NCBI RefSeq assembly: GCF_000497125.1
Contig: NC_090604.1
Coordinates: 206,651 to 270,650 of the forward strand
Direction: 5' to 3'
Source of the DNA: Spironucleus salmonicida
Lineage: Eukaryota
DNA length: 64,000 nt
In this document: in pieces, positions 44,373 to 58,626 of the stretch
How positions within the stretch are numbered: the first letter of the stretch is position 1
How the letters are laid out: each line of letters starts with the position of its first letter
Translations under genes and position numbers: made by a program
Notes under the pieces: generated by a model
What the model was told of the DNA's origin: nothing
The model's input: only the letters and a program-made list of their open reading frames with translations
Databases searched by the model: none

Positions 44373-45248
44373 TCACTTCTTGGCCTTCTTGACAAAATAA
44401 TAAGCTAAACCACCACCTACTACTCCAACCACAATCAATGCTGCTACTACAATGCCTGCTACAGCCCCTCCTGAAAAATTAGAACTTTCGCCAGAGGATG
44501 ATAATGGTAAACAGATTCCAGCAACTGGTTCATATCCATATGCACAGTCAGTACAATTACCTTGATCATTAATAGTGTATCCCGCTAAACATGTTGCACA
44601 TTAGGTTTTACTATCATTACATGTAGCGCATCTAGTCATCCTACCACATTTGAACTAAGAAGTAGAGGATGTACTGCAAGGAGTTGAAGCGCCATTATCG
44701 CAGAATTGCCCATCAGCAATACCAACACAAGCAGTAATACATTTTCCATCGATAGTGGTAACAGGTTTTGCTTTGTGTCCTTCGCATTCTAAGCAAAAGG
44801 TAGCAGATGTACAGTAAGCACAGTCTTCTTAGCAAGGCTTGCAATGTTTAACAGAGAAATCACAATATCCAAGATGCTAAGCATTACAGTCTTTATGATT
44901 AGAACATGATTTTACACAGGTTTTAGATGTTGGTTCTACAATAAATCCAGCTTTGCACGTAGTACATTTGTTTTCCTATCCTTCACAAGATTCACAGTTA
45001 CTGTTGCATATGGTGCATTTTTCTGTAGTATCTAAGAAATAGTTAGCTATACAAACGGAGCATGTTCCATCTTTACACTATTAACAATTTTTAGTCGATA
45101 CATTTTCTTTACAATTACAACCGTATCCAGTAATAATTGCATTATCAGCACAAGGCTTACAAGCAACGAGATCGTTATCGTTCGTAGGACAATACGTATC
45201 TATTTTGCACTTATTATCACCGTCTTTACACTGACCACTTTCTGCCAT
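44373..45248 (-). CDS. CRMP1-type cysteine-rich membrane protein, 291 aa
   Basis: MAESGQCKDGDNKC... with CXXC motifs, [28 protein letters not shown] and pentapeptide tail KKAKK*; AAGTGA at the stop. Confidence 0.92.
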
Positions 45249-46843
45249 TTTATATTTGAGATATTTTTACAGATGTATAATATTGTATATATTGAGGTTT
45301 ATACTATTCATTTACAAATATTGATTTAATTATAAACAAATGCATATTACTGTATTTTAAAAAAACTTCGATCAGTTATTCTTTTATCAATTTATATGTA
45401 TATCTAACATATATTTCAAAAAATTATTGAATGCATTTAAATATTAATTAAATTGTAAAATCGGAATAATATATATTATTATGAGTAATATGCTAAAATT
45501 ATAAAAGCTTAATACATTAATTCAATTTCTATTCATATTCAATATACTTTGTTCACACATTTCCAAATCTGAAAATAAATAAGTAATTGATATTATTTTA
45601 TATTACTCCATGTTAATTTCTCAGGAAAATCAGAATTTATAATAAACTCTAGTAGTACGTAACCAAGACTAAAAGCAACTTTCTGTTGACTCTAGTTTAA
45701 AAACCGCAAGACAAGTTATGATCACATCGCTATCATGAAAATGGGCGGACGGTGTTGAAACTAAAGCTACCGGAAAGTTGATTTTAGTACGTATTACTTA
45801 CTAGTTTTACAATAATGAACATTTCTTAAAATGATGATTAGAAAACGTATTAGAAGGAAGAATATTAAAATATTTATTTAAAAACATAAAAAAGTATGTG
45901 CGTGAAATATGGAGATGCCATTTCAGTGCTGTTTTACATTTTATACTATCACCTTTTTATACCATCACACATTCAACGGTTCTTATAATTTCTTTAAATA
46001 TTTTTAAGATAATTTTCCATCGGAAAATATGACTTGTAAAAGCAAGCATAACACCTTAAGACCGAATTTAACTTATTTTGAAATAATTGCCTTTTTGCAT
46101 CTCTAAAAGATGTCTGATTTGGCTAGGGCGTCAAATTAAACGACAATCTCGAAACACATAATATTCGAATTTGAATGCTACCGCGACGCGCCTTGACAAG
46201 GTATTTTTTAATCTCTAAAAAATGCAGAATGAAATGTAAATCAAATATATGTTTTCCTCAAAGAGAAACAATCGCTTTCTCAAAATTATAATTCTGTAAT
46301 ATTTTATCCTAGCAAACACTATTCAGACCTGTGTAAAATTGATTTAATGGCTTTCAAAATATTAGTTATTTTATATTTCGCAACGCGAAGTATAAAGGGC
46401 TGATCTTTTAAAATAATCACTCAAATTTGGCTGGGCTGAATGGTGACTTGCTGCTGACTGATTTCTGCTAATAATTATCTAGAGCTCTATTTCATATAGG
46501 AGCTATCGAAACTGCTTCCAAACATATCAAAACTCGGCCTAGCGTTACTAATTAAGCCAAAAATATAATTTCACTTTTTATTTTTGTGCTGCTAAATATA
46601 AGTGCAAATCACACACCTTATTGAATTTACAGAATTAGTTATATTGGCTATTACTAAATTATACTATTTACAATATCAGGTTGGTGCAGATAGTGCTTCA
46701 TCAGCCATAGAAATATTTTCTGTCGTTTTTTAAAAATCTAAGTCGGTTCAGAAATATAGTACTAATTTGTAATGTGTCTATCTGAAATAGTTTCCACTCG
46801 CAGTCCGCCTTACCATCCATATACTCCAATTCAATGTAAATTC

Positions 46844-49237
46844 TCACTGCATGTTGAAGTTCTGCTTCTCCACCTCCTAGTTGGCCTTGGACTTCTTCAT
46901 GTACCAGAAAGCGGCACCGGCGACTCCCCCAGCAACGACCAGGACGGCTATGACGATGCCCGCAACGGCGCCGCTGGAGAGGTTGGTGCTGAGCGTGTCG
47001 CCTTGTAGGAAGCAGAACGAGCCCACGGCGGTGGCCCCGTCTGCGCAGGTGGAGCACTGCTGATTTGTAAATTTGTAGCCTGGCATGCAGGACGCGCACT
47101 TTGCAGCATCCGAACTATCGCATTAGAGGCAGTTTGCAGTATTACTACATTTATACGCAGTTACCTGGCTGCTGCTCCCGCAGTCCATAGGCTGGTCGGC
47201 AATGCAGGCCTAGTTATCTGTCAGTTAAGTCGTGCAATTCTTCTCGCATGTTTAATTGATGCTCATGGTGTGCGAAGTGGCGCAGGTATCGCACTTTTCG
47301 AGGCTTTCGGAGCACGTGGCGCACTTGGCCTCGCATTTCTCGCAGGTTATTCCAACCATCAGGTTGCCGTCGGCACAGGCGGAGCAGGTTTCATTTGTGG
47401 CCTTTTTGTAGCCGGTGATGCAGGTGGCGCACTTTCCTTTATCAGAAGCATCGCAGGTCGCGCAGTTCGTTGCTGTACCGCACGTGCACTGCTCTGTGGT
47501 GTTTGAAGTACAAGCTGTGCAGGCGTTATCTTTGGCGAAAAAGTCGTCCTTGCAAACCTTGCAGATGTCTTTATTGTCGACGCAGTTCGCGCAGCCAGCA
47601 GAGCACGCTGTACATTTATCGCCTGCTAAAATGAACCCAGATTTGCAGGTCACGCACTTGTCGACAGCTTCCTTACACGTGGCACAGTTACTGGTGCAGT
47701 CTTTGCAGATCGTATCGCAGATTTGGTTCGGGGCGCAGGTGTCGTCACCTGCTGTACATTTTTTCTCACATTTATTATTTTTCACAGAAAATCCATCTTT
47801 GCACACCGTGCAGGTTTCTTTGTTAGCTGTGCAGGTCGTGCAGTTTGGGTCTGTGCAGGCTACGCACTAGTTATTTTAGATCGAAAACCCATCCTTGCAA
47901 GCTGTGCAAGCTGAACTAGAAGAGCAGGTTGTGCAGTTCTCAGAGCAGGCCGTACATGTATTCGGACTAGAAGCGGTATCCTTGAAAAATCCTGGTAAGC
48001 AATTCTCGCAAGCAGTGGTTCCAGAGGGGTCAAAGTTTCCTATGCATGTATTGCATTTTCCCGTATCGGTAGTATCACATGTTTAGCAGTTTTTGGCGGT
48101 TGAACATGTGCAAGGAGTAATTTAATTTGTCGTGCAGGCAGTGCAGGCTGTTCCGCTTAGAGTATTACCGTTTGCGCAGGTTTGGCAGGTGTCTTCTGCG
48201 GTGCAGGTTGCGCAGGTTACTGGGCATTTTGTGCAGGTTTTTGGGGTTTCAGAAGTCTCAAAGTACCCTGCCTTGCATTTTGAGCAAGGTGGAGTCGCAG
48301 ACATATCATATTCACCCGTGCACATTTTACATTTTGTCATATCAGCAGAATCGCAAGTAGAGCAGTTAACAGCAGCACCGCACGTGCAAGCATTCATTTA
48401 ATTATCTAAGCATGTCGTACAATTTTCTCCGGACAGGAAATATCCATTCGCGCAGACGTCGCATTTGCTCATATCACTAGAATTACAAATCGAGCAGTTC
48501 TAAGATGTCCCGCAGGTGCATTTCATGGTTTATCCAGAAACGCAGGTGGCGCAGGTGGTTTCGCTTAAAACGTTCCCGTTTGCGCAGGTTTGGCAGATGT
48601 CTTTTGCGGTGCAGGTTGCGCATTTCTCATCGCATTTTGTGCAGGTTTTTGGGTTATTAGTATTCTCAAAATACCCGGCTTTGCATTTTGAGCAAGGAGG
48701 AGTGGCAGAGAAATCATATTCACCGTTGCAGGTAGCGCAGGTTGTCATATCAGTAGAGCAAGTTCCGCAGTTAACAGCGGCAGTACACGTGCACGGGGCC
48801 ATTTGATTAGCTACACAAGCCGTGCAGGTAGTCTCAGACATGAAATTTCCATTTGCGCAGATGCCACATTTAGTCGGATCAGCAGCATCGCAAGTTTAGC
48901 AATTCTCTGCGGAACCGCAGGTGCACTTCATGGTGGTTCCGGAAACGCAGGTGGCGCAGGTGGTTCCGCTTAAAACGTTCCCATTAGTGCAGGTTTGACA
49001 CGTGTTCTCTGCTGTGCAGGTTGCGCATTTTGCGTTACATGCTGTACAGGCTCCACTGTCAAGATACTTTCCATCGGCGCAGGTTAAACACGTTGCAGCT
49101 TCTGCGGATTCTCCTGTGCAGGTGGCGCACTCTTTTTTGCATGTAAGACACGCTGTGTCATCAGATGTTACGTTTGATGGGCAGAAAGTCCCTTCACTGC
49201 AGGTAGATTAATCAGAAGTAGTACACTTATTGGTCAT
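46844..49237 (-). CDS. Large cysteine-rich membrane protein, 797 aa (alternative ATG at 49243)
   Basis: Track fragments 46877-47086, 47252-47806, 48122-48397 and 48530-48841 share one frame joined by TAA/TAG. TM GAVAGIVIAVLVVAGGVAGAAFWYM, tail KKSKANQEVEKQNFNMQ*, CAGTGA stop. Confidence 0.92.
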
Positions 49238-50051
49238 TTTCATAGAAGTGAAAATATAACTACAGTATAACTGTGAATATTACCGAGGATTGCAGTTTCG
49301 TGTTTTTGGGTATTGAAGTGGAAGTAAAATCTTTTATGGATAGCGTTTGCTATTAAATGAGGAATTGATATTGTGCAAATAAGTATAATTTAGTAAATTT
49401 TACTTAAAGTAGTTGTAGAGAAATCGCAGTAGATTTAACAAAAGAAATGGTGATGTTATTGTTATTATAGGCATGAATGGTGTTATAATAGTTTAAGTAA
49501 AATATGTAATAACTTATAATCTTTAAAACACGCAAATCTTTAAATTGAGTTTAATAATAGTTGCGCATACTAATATAATACTGCAAAAACTAAAAGTGAA
49601 AAAATCCATATATTATATAATACTCCTGTTATTGCAGAAATAGCAGTAAGTTTACTAAATACCCGATTGCTGGTGATAGTTGGACTTATGGGTATTTAAA
49701 CATAACTACTACTCAAACCAACTTTATGCTGACCGAAGCTAACAATATTATTCTAGTATAATAAAATAATTCATATTTTAAAATAGTAGTGAATAATTTG
49801 TTCATATAGTATTTATACTTACATGGCTGCAAAACTCAAAAATATTTACGTCATTCTAATATGCTAAACTGAAAGAATGGTGAAAATGGCTAATATGGTT
49901 TCCATTACTTCTTCTCGGCTAGCCTGATGCCTAAATACGCGGGCCATACCAGCCACTCCGGACCGTACCAGAGCCCGTGCTAGTATCCATGCTCGATACT
50001 CCCGAGGTATCAGAAGTTTATCCGGTACGATATTCTTCTGTTGGTATGTTT

Positions 50052-50465
50052 TCACTGATAGCATCCTAAATTCTACTTTCCCACCGCTAATATGCAGGTT
50101 TCTACTTATGGTTCAGGTAACATACCGTAATAGGTGTTGACACCACTTCTATTCAGATCCCAGCTGTCCCACTAATCAGCCTTGAGTCTATACATGCATT
50201 CACCTTGCAACACAGTATGCCAGAATATTACTAAACCTTACTTTATCATTAGCTTATCTATTACATGCTTTCCTAAAGTAGCAGTGCTAGCATTAACTAA
50301 ATTTAGTATTTCTATGACCTGTAGTGAGAGAGATAGGTTTTGTTCATTGACTACATTATTGGGTAAGAACTTTACTTTCCACTATCCTTATACCATCTAT
50401 GATATGATCTAAGGCTTAATAACTAAATTAGTAAAATTTAAGTAATAGACATTTTAATCTGTCAT
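50052..50465 (-). CDS. Hypothetical protein, 137 aa
   Basis: MTDQNVYYLN... open with TAA/TAG=Gln and ends CAGTGA; no recognisable domain. Confidence 0.3.
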
Positions 50466-50879
50466 AGCCTTACCTAAGAATGACTAACTTCAATTAGATG
50501 AAAAAATATTTTTATTTTAATATTATATTCATTAGTTATCATAACACTTTTAGGATTAAACGTGATTTTTTTTGATAATACATACAATTTACCTTTACAT
50601 TTTTCATCATATTATGTATTAACCTATTATGCAGAAACTTGGTAAATTAATTAATATATAACTATTATAGTTTCAGTTTAATATAAGCAAACCTTCAGTT
50701 ATTGATTTTTATTTTTATAGCAGATGCATATATTATATTAATCAGTATTTACTTGGGAATGAGTAGTAAATATTTTACTACTTATAATTGTATTAGGAAA
50801 TATTATCTAAATACTAAATAGCTAGCTAAATACAACTATTAAAACCTAAAAACTATTCAAACAACATCATAATACAATA

Positions 50880-51742
50880 AAGTAAACGACTGCATTCAAT
50901 ATAACACTGAAGCTAACCTTGGTAGCATTTCCTGCACAGAGGTAGTAATTGCACATGCACTAGCAAGATCAAATTAATACTTAGTTCCTATTTCAGCAGA
51001 GTCTATGCATGTTCTGTTAATACTACAGCATGCGGTAGTACGCAAAATGCACAGCTTTCGTGTTCCGGTTTAAAGCTGTATACGGCAAAAGAATAAAATC
51101 TGCAGATATTGCGCGCTTGTGGTCCCAGACAATTTTTCGATTCCTCTAGCTTTGCGAATTAAAGCCACTGGGAATCCCTAGATTGCCTTCCAGCACATGC
51201 GAGGCTTGCCGCAGCTGGAGAAATCCTCAAATGCAAAAATCCCAACCAGATAGCACAGCATACATAAGTAAACATGATGCAGTCGCCTTATTCAACACCA
51301 TGCTTGTACTAATAGTACTTGCGTTGACTGCAGTTAGGATGACCAGACACCACGACGCAGGTGTGGTCCAGGAGCACCTAATTGCCTTATTTGTCAAACA
51401 ATTTAAGAAATAAGAGAGAGGCCCTGTACTGATCCATTATGCATATATTCTGATGAAGATAATGGGAATGCACGGGCTGCATAGACTCTAGGAACTATCT
51501 GCTCTCTAGACATTCATGAGCCCTAAATTGTTAATCTAGTGGAAGTTATAGTCTTTCTGGGGTATTTACCCAAATACTAACAATGCTGAGAATGCATAGA
51601 ATGTGCTGAGAAAGGTGGAAATATCTGCTTTTTGATGAAATGCATAACGGTAGGTTATCCACAGTTGGTGTGACATGGATATTAACACTATGTGCCGTCG
51701 GGGTGGACTTGCATTTACTTCCTCAAGAAAAGGAAGAAGTGA
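50880..51742 (+). pseudogene. Heavily decayed CRMP1 pseudogene (5' limit approximate)
   Basis: Ends ...GGLA/YFLKKRKK* with AAGTGA; scattered broken Cys motifs upstream. Confidence 0.5.
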
Positions 51743-54546
51743 TGGTACCAGTTGTGAAAGAATACATGGCCAAAATTCTAAGTGAACTTAAATGTTAATT
51801 AGCGATGCATTACTCTTCGCGATACTTAGCTGACAGCAGCTCGTTACGGAATACTTGAACCCACCTTACTACGTTTTAATTTGTTAGAACTATTCAGATA
51901 GTAATAGATAACCTGAGATAAAATCAGCATGAGGTCAAAGCAAGGCATCGATAGATCGATTTACCACATGTAATAAAAATAGCACCATATGAGCAATTAG
52001 TAATATATTTTAGTTCAAAAGCCTTAGCAGTTCTGCAAAACTTAACTAAACCCATGCTTTCCACGAGGTTACGTAACAGCAATGATAGTAATACTTTAAG
52101 CTATAAATTTAGAATCTGGCCTATTTCATGAAATTTAATTCACTATCTTTAGAGTGATTCTATATTGTATAGTATTATTAAATATTACAGCTTCAGTTTT
52201 GCATACATTAGTTATTTTCAGAATCGGACTGCATAATATGCATATGTAGCAGTATGGCATGTTATTGTATCCTAATTTTAAAATTACCTTAAAGGTTAAG
52301 TGCGTATTCCTGCGTATGGTAAGATATCGATATTCCAAATTCATCCAAACTATAGCTACTACAACTACTATACCACCAAATTATCTCTAAATAAGCAAAT
52401 ACAATCCACCACCACCACCTCTAAAACGTTATGACCTGAAAATAGTAGTTATTGCAGCAACACAAAATTCTCAAGCCCCCTTCTCGCCTAACATCTACCA
52501 TTCCATAACTATTAAGACTGTACAAACTAAACACGCCTAATCCACATGAGTGCAATACCCTCATTACCGCATCCAACCCATTCCTTAAATCATCACCTTA
52601 ACATCTCTTATACGATGCTAACTACCATCTCAGAATTATTATCAAATACTCATTTCAACCTCGAATAGCGCACAACGAGATTTAAGGAAAATGATTATTT
52701 TCTGCCCCACTAGCACTGAAAGGCTTTCCCACAACCAAATTTGCAACTTCCCGTGCGGAGCATCTGTGTGCAAGGGGGACCATGGCATACATCAAAGGGT
52801 AAGAAATGTTTTTGCGCCCTAATAGGGTACGCCACGGTGATGTTACGCACCTATTCCGAGCGTGCACGTCCCGTTGAATAGTTGAATAGTAGCTAGTCGC
52901 AAAGAGGCAGAATTGCTGGTGTAGAAAGCACGCTTGCAACCTTCCACTGGTATTGTATTGCAAAACGGGGCATGCAGCCAGGCGGAAACTATGGCCTATT
53001 TGTAATAATTTGACAGCAGGGATCTTGCTTAACGTATCGTCTAGAGGGTGAAATTGTATTTTTGCTGTTTTTAAACGCTACTTTGCAAAGCTTAATTTTG
53101 AAAAGCCGTTGGCAAAGTCCCTAACTGGCCCTTAGCAGTAGAAGGCGATGGGTGTCAGTACTCAGAATATGAGTTTAATTTGATGCTAAAATTCAAAATT
53201 TCATAGTTTGTAGTCAGAATAATACATAGAGTAGTAAATCCGTATTGTATGAACCACATAATTAGAATTAGTATCTTTAAAAAATTTTAAAGTTAACTAT
53301 TTTGACCCAATTTATTGGTCGCCCTTGGTGAGTAACCGTTTTGAATTTTTAAATAGGAAAAATATTTTTTCTTGGCCCCTCTCTGGGATACTATCTACTA
53401 TATCAGATTTTATCATTCGCATTGCGAGTAATAAAACAATAGTCCATTTTCAAAATTCAAATATTCTGTGTGCGCCTTCTTGATGGTGACTTACTACTTG
53501 CTTACTATTTGATTTCTTCAAACATGTTTTCCTTGTAGTCTATATTTATATTGATACTAACATTATTCTTTTACTTTTGGTAATTGGATTTATTCAATGT
53601 GATATTTTTATAATACATCGTTTGATAGATTATTCAAGACTCTGGTATGAGATTTATCCTTGAACTCATTTAATTGTAAATTTTACTATTTAATTGTATT
53701 GTATATTAGTTAAAACTTTTATAATTGGTTTAATCTAATTAATTTATTAGAATAAATTATTTAGTATTTGTTTTATTACATTTATTATATATAAGCGATA
53801 TCTAACTATATTCGTTTTTGTATTACTTAATATTCATATTTAGATCATTGCATTATAGTTTTGATTTATTATTTTATATACTTGATTTACTATTTTAAAA
53901 GCTTTACTTTTATAAAATCAAAAACATATTCTAGTATCTGTAATAGATCTTATTTGAATTATTATATTTTTTGAATTTATAATTTTATCTTGTTTGAATA
54001 TTACTTCTCTGTCATGGCTGATAAAGGTTTGTTAATAACATCTAAATATAAAAACACCAGTTATGTATTTTAAAAAATACGATATTAAAAATTAAAATAT
54101 AATTATGAATTTGATATATTCGATTTGGGCGACCCAATGGAAATACAATCTCTAAAGAGATCATATTTCCCTTGACCTGCTCACGCTGAGGGTGGTTAGC
54201 AAGATTATTTAATATGGAAGACACAAACTATTTTTAAAAATGACTTGTTTTAAGTATCGAAGCTTTCTTTTTTAAAAATTATATAAACACTGATATGCTT
54301 GTAGAGTAGTAGGTATACTAGCAAATATATGAAATATGATTATGAAATATGTAATTGAATGATATAAATTCTTTCTCAATTTAATGAAATGATGTTTCGT
54401 ATTTCAATATGGCTTTTCATATTTTTGCTAAGCATACTTAGCACTGAGTTCGGTTACTTACCTATTTCATTATCCCGAGCACCGAACCTAGCTGATAACG
54501 CGGTTAGAGCCAGCCTGAAGTCAAGACGGGCAGTAAAACTACTGCA

Positions 54547-55630
54547 GCGCGGCCCAGACCAACTTCCAGGAGGTTGCCTAGCTCAATGAGGCCCTTGAGG
54601 GGATACCTTGCGTAAATTCTTAGGAGCATGCTAGGCTGTCTGGGAAGCGCACTTATTTATTAGCATCGTTGGGCGTGGTAAGAGCCCCCAAAGCCGGAGT
54701 GCTGCCGTGCAGAGTGAGCTTTCGGGAGGTGTTTTGCGGTGTACCTGCATATCCCAGTTCCCTGCTCCAAGGCCCTCTCGGTGCACCGCGCTGATACCAG
54801 TACGCATGGTAGCCTCATGCAGTTCCGGTCCAGGGCTCCATTCGGAGACGTAGCATATCTACATAAACAAGCAATAAACACTGGAAAAACTGTTCTCACA
54901 AATATATACTTTATAGATATAAATACGTTATTCCATTTTTAGTTTATGCATATAATAACTTCTATACCATATCAAGCAATATTCAATAAATTCGAAACTG
55001 GTAAGTTATTCTATACCACGGTTATTCTACTATAATGCGTGGATCCATTCAAAATGACCGACGCCGGAACATGTAGTAGATCGAGCACCAAATGCAAGGC
55101 AGGATATTACTGCCCGACTGTAGAGGATACTGAAGTGAGCTGCATCGCTTGCTCCGATGACATAAAACTCGGCTAAGGCTGCTACTGTGTGAGCAATACA
55201 GTTAATACCCATTGTAGAGAGTGCACAAATAATACGTGCTCAAAATGCATCCCCGGAAGTTTTCTAGATGGGGATGGGTGCACTATATGCTCAAAAGGGT
55301 GCGGCAAGTGTAAGAGCTCTGATAAGTGCGACGCTTGCGCTGAGGGGTACACCATGGAAAAGAATATATGCGTTAGAGTTTGCAATTCTTTATAAGACTG
55401 TGAACAAGAACGTATGACCTTCTGCAACCTGTCAGCAAATCGCTGTGAGCCATGCGAATCAAATTGTCTTTTTTGCTCCTCAAAAACAGTGTGCAACTTC
55501 TGTAATTCAAGCTCACATACTACTACTATAGACGGAACGTGCACGACCAGCTGCAATAGCCTCCAAGATGGATAATACTGCAAGAATGGAGTTCCCACAT
55601 TGTGCGCGGAAGGGCTTGATTCGGCCTGCA
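54547..55630 (+). repeat. Left arm of inverted repeat (pairs with 62917..64000)
   Basis: Matching ORFs on opposite strands with coordinate sum 118547 (55030/63517, 54660/63887, 55189/63358). Confidence 0.93.
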
Positions 55631-55638
55631 AATGCTGA
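55054..55638 (+). pseudogene. Truncated CRMP1 paralogue (194 aa, no TM)
   Basis: [14 protein letters not shown]... is near-identical to 62639..63493 but has a premature TGA at 55636, and its 3' end is replaced by the array fragment. Confidence 0.8.
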
Positions 55639-55716
55639 AATACTGCAAGCTGTACCTCCTGCGATAACACTAATACTGCATGTGCGACATGTTTTCCCAC
55701 TACGATGGATGCCGAG

Positions 55717-55985
55717 GACACCGCCGAGGACGGCACCGATGGTGGCGGCCTGGGAGGCTCTGTTGGCGGGCGCGACGCACTGGTGGGCCTGGAAGAGGTA
55801 GCCGGGTCTGCACGCGGCGCAGTAGCGCTCGTCGCAGGACAGGCACCCCTCGGGGCAGGCGGCGCACTGGCCGGTGGTGGTCTGGCGGAAGCCGACCTCG
55901 CACTCGTTGCAGGAGTCGCCGCTCTGGACCTTGCAGTTGGCGATTCCGCCGGGCGGCTGGTGGAGGCGTGGGGGGTTCACGGAGC
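55717..55985 (-). pseudogene. Orphan ~270-bp fragment of the array CRMP gene
   Basis: Matches the array CDS (GGIANCKVQSGDSCNEC...AATIGAVLGGV) exactly to about 55944, then diverges. Confidence 0.92.
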
Positions 55986-56151
55986 TGTCGACATTGTCGT
56001 AGTGATGTGGAGTGGGCTTTGGGTTATTTTTATATATACACTTATATTATATAATAATAGTAATTTCCTAATTGCAGAAACGGCGAATTTTTTAATTTAT
56101 AGGCTCTGCCGACAAGTTTCTACTACTTTAGCATATTCCTCAGAATTACAG

Positions 56152-57666
56152 TCACTCAACATCGTCGTTGATCGTTTTCGCAGCCCGAAGCCTCCGAACT
56201 CTCACCCTGCGCTTGCAGAACACGCTCAGGGCCCCAATAATGGCGTTACCTATAGCAACCAGCACCATCACCCCCAGCTGATAGACCAAAAGTGTCGTTC
56301 TGCGTCGGAACTGAAACACCGGTTCGAAGCTATCATAATAGTCCCCGTTTCGCCTCTAGACCAATATTCTGTGGTGAAACGCCTGCCTTATCTGCGCGAT
56401 CTCGTGCGCTGTGAGGTTCCTAAACGCAATTTCGAGCTATAACAACAACTAGAAGTTCAACTTTGCAATGGGCTCCGAAAAGTCGTTAAAATAGTCAGTT
56501 TCAGTTGCATACACCAAAATTGTAACCACCGCGGCATCGCCCAGCTACGCGCACACACCGGTTCCCCGGATGACGATCTCACTATCTACAAGCTCCATAC
56601 TGATGTTCTTATAGCAAATCTGCTGCAGCGGCACAGCAGCGAAACTGAGCCTGTTAATCGGCACCTTTTTGGCGTCAAAGAACGTGAAAGCAGCGCTAAC
56701 AGTTCCCACGCGTCCCGCAACGTCCTAGCACGCGCTAAACTGCATTTCAGTCCCATTGAACACGGATTTCGCGATATTGGCCGTAAAATTCGCGTTTTTC
56801 AGGATGTTTTCCCTAAACTGCGCAGCCGAAAACTCAGCGCGCAGCGCGCAGCTGTCATTATTGACCGCCAGCAGCATCGCAACGCTCTCCGCGCCCGCCA
56901 GCACCTCGTCGAAGTACGCGCTCTGGCGCAGTTTCAGGAAAATCGACTCTGAGTAAGCGCTAAACCCGTCCAACACGCCAACAGACGGCTAATCCTTATA
57001 AACAAGCCTATTCGTTACCGCCTCGCCGTTCGCCTGCACGCTACCGCCGATTACGGCCCGGAAAGCGACGTAACTCACTCCGGAGACGTACAGAGGCCCC
57101 GAAAGCTCGGGAGCGTGAAAATTAACCTCTAGAACTGATCCAACGAGCTCCGTTATATCAGAATTCTACAGCAAAAACGAGTTTTCAAAAGTCGTTATTT
57201 TCAGCTCAGCGGCAGAAATTTTTTGGCCGGCGAAATTCTTCGGGAACGCGGCCCGCGCGGCGAAGGTTTTCTGGTCGTACGAAACCGTAAAATCGCTGAA
57301 AATCAAATCCGCCGCAAACCGCGTCAGTGTGACCTGCTGGATCTGCTGCGTGAAGCTTTCGCTGTAGCTCGAAATTACGATTTCCGCTCCGCTCAGCGCG
57401 AGGTAATTTGACAAATTCGGAACGGAAATCTCAATTTCGCGCGTCGAATTTTAAAGAAAATTCGTAAGAATCTATTGCACATCAAGTTTCTGGTTCGTAA
57501 ACTTGATCTGCACAAGAACTGCGGAAGGGAGTTTCTCGCAGTTCAAGTTTGCGGTTGGAGTGAGGTGAATGATTAGCATATTTTTTGGTTGGGATACTTG
57601 AAGTGTTGTAGTTTCTGTGTAGCAGGAGGGGAGGGGGGTGAGTAGCGTTAGTGTTAGGATTAGCAT
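56152..57666 (-). CDS. Type I transmembrane protein, 504 aa, hypothetical
   Basis: MLILTLTLLTPLPSCY... has a hydrophobic N-terminus. Track fragments join across TAA/TAG. C-terminal TM LGVMVLVAIGNAIIGALSVF with a basic tail; GAGTGA stop. Confidence 0.85.
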
Positions 57667-57695
57667 TTGGGGAGGGGAGGAGAGGGGAGTAAGGG
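57667..57695 (-). promoter_or_regulatory. C-rich upstream motif
   Basis: Minus strand cccttactcccctctcctcccctccccaaATG. Confidence 0.55.
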
Positions 57696-58359
57696 ATATG
57701 ATATGAAATGTGATATGATGAAGTGGGGACGATTTTGGAGTGCAGAAAAAACGTTTTTTGAGATTTAAATAGTTAATATAAAGATATAATAATGAATATG
57801 GAAAGAAAAAGTGGTAGAAATTTTGTTTGCAGAAACTCGTAGAAAATGCATTTTTGGAGGGAAAATGTGAAATTTGCGAGTAAAAAGAAGTGGAAAGTGG
57901 AGCGGAATGGTTTCTTGTGCGGTAGAGTCATGCGAAATAGAGTAGGGCGCTGAGGAAAAGTATACATGGAAATAGCAGAATGAAGCTAAAGTTGAAAAGG
58001 CAGTTATGAAAAGTGGAGTGGAAATTCGTTTCTTTTTAAATTTGTATTTAATTATATAATAATAATAAAATTTATTTGCCGTAGAAACATTTGGATATGG
58101 TGGCGCAGCAAGCGATTCAGTTCTCATAGGCTAGTTTACAGGTCAGAAAGAGATAAGTTTAGGGGATTTAGGTAGTTATGGTATGCAGGAATTTGAAAAT
58201 ATAGAATTAGCGCTATAATTCGCTGTATTAGCAAATCATGTTTTCAATATATAATAATGATATATCAAAAATGTATTGTGCGTAAATTTTATATATTTTT
58301 ATTATATTCATATAATATCAGGTTAATTTAATGCTATTTTAAATTTTCGTAAAACTAAT

Positions 58360-58626
58360 TCACTTCAACACGAACTGCATGCTGGGCCTGACGAGCCCCA
58401 GCTTCAGCATCTGCTCCGACCGCGCGATGCTTCTTTGTGGAGACCTTGTGACCTTACGTACCGGCAGGTCCGGCAGGGGGTACATCTCAGAGATCGGCTT
58501 CTGCGTAGACACCGCCTCGAAGGACGTGCTCTACCTTGCTAGTGTGGAGTATAACGGCCGGTAGAACTTCTTGAAGTAGACCCTGGTGTAGTCCAGCTGC
58601 CTCTTCTCGTACTCCACCTCCGCCAT
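58360..58626 (-). CDS. Hypothetical protein, 88 aa
   Basis: MAEVEYEKRQLDYTRVYFKKFYRPLYSTLARQSTSF...QFVLK*; GC-richer than its flanks; AAGTGA stop. Confidence 0.65.

Noticed and set aside
52682-52963. 93-aa ORF in a GC-richer patch
   Set aside because: Non-ATG start and no recognisable homology or signals.
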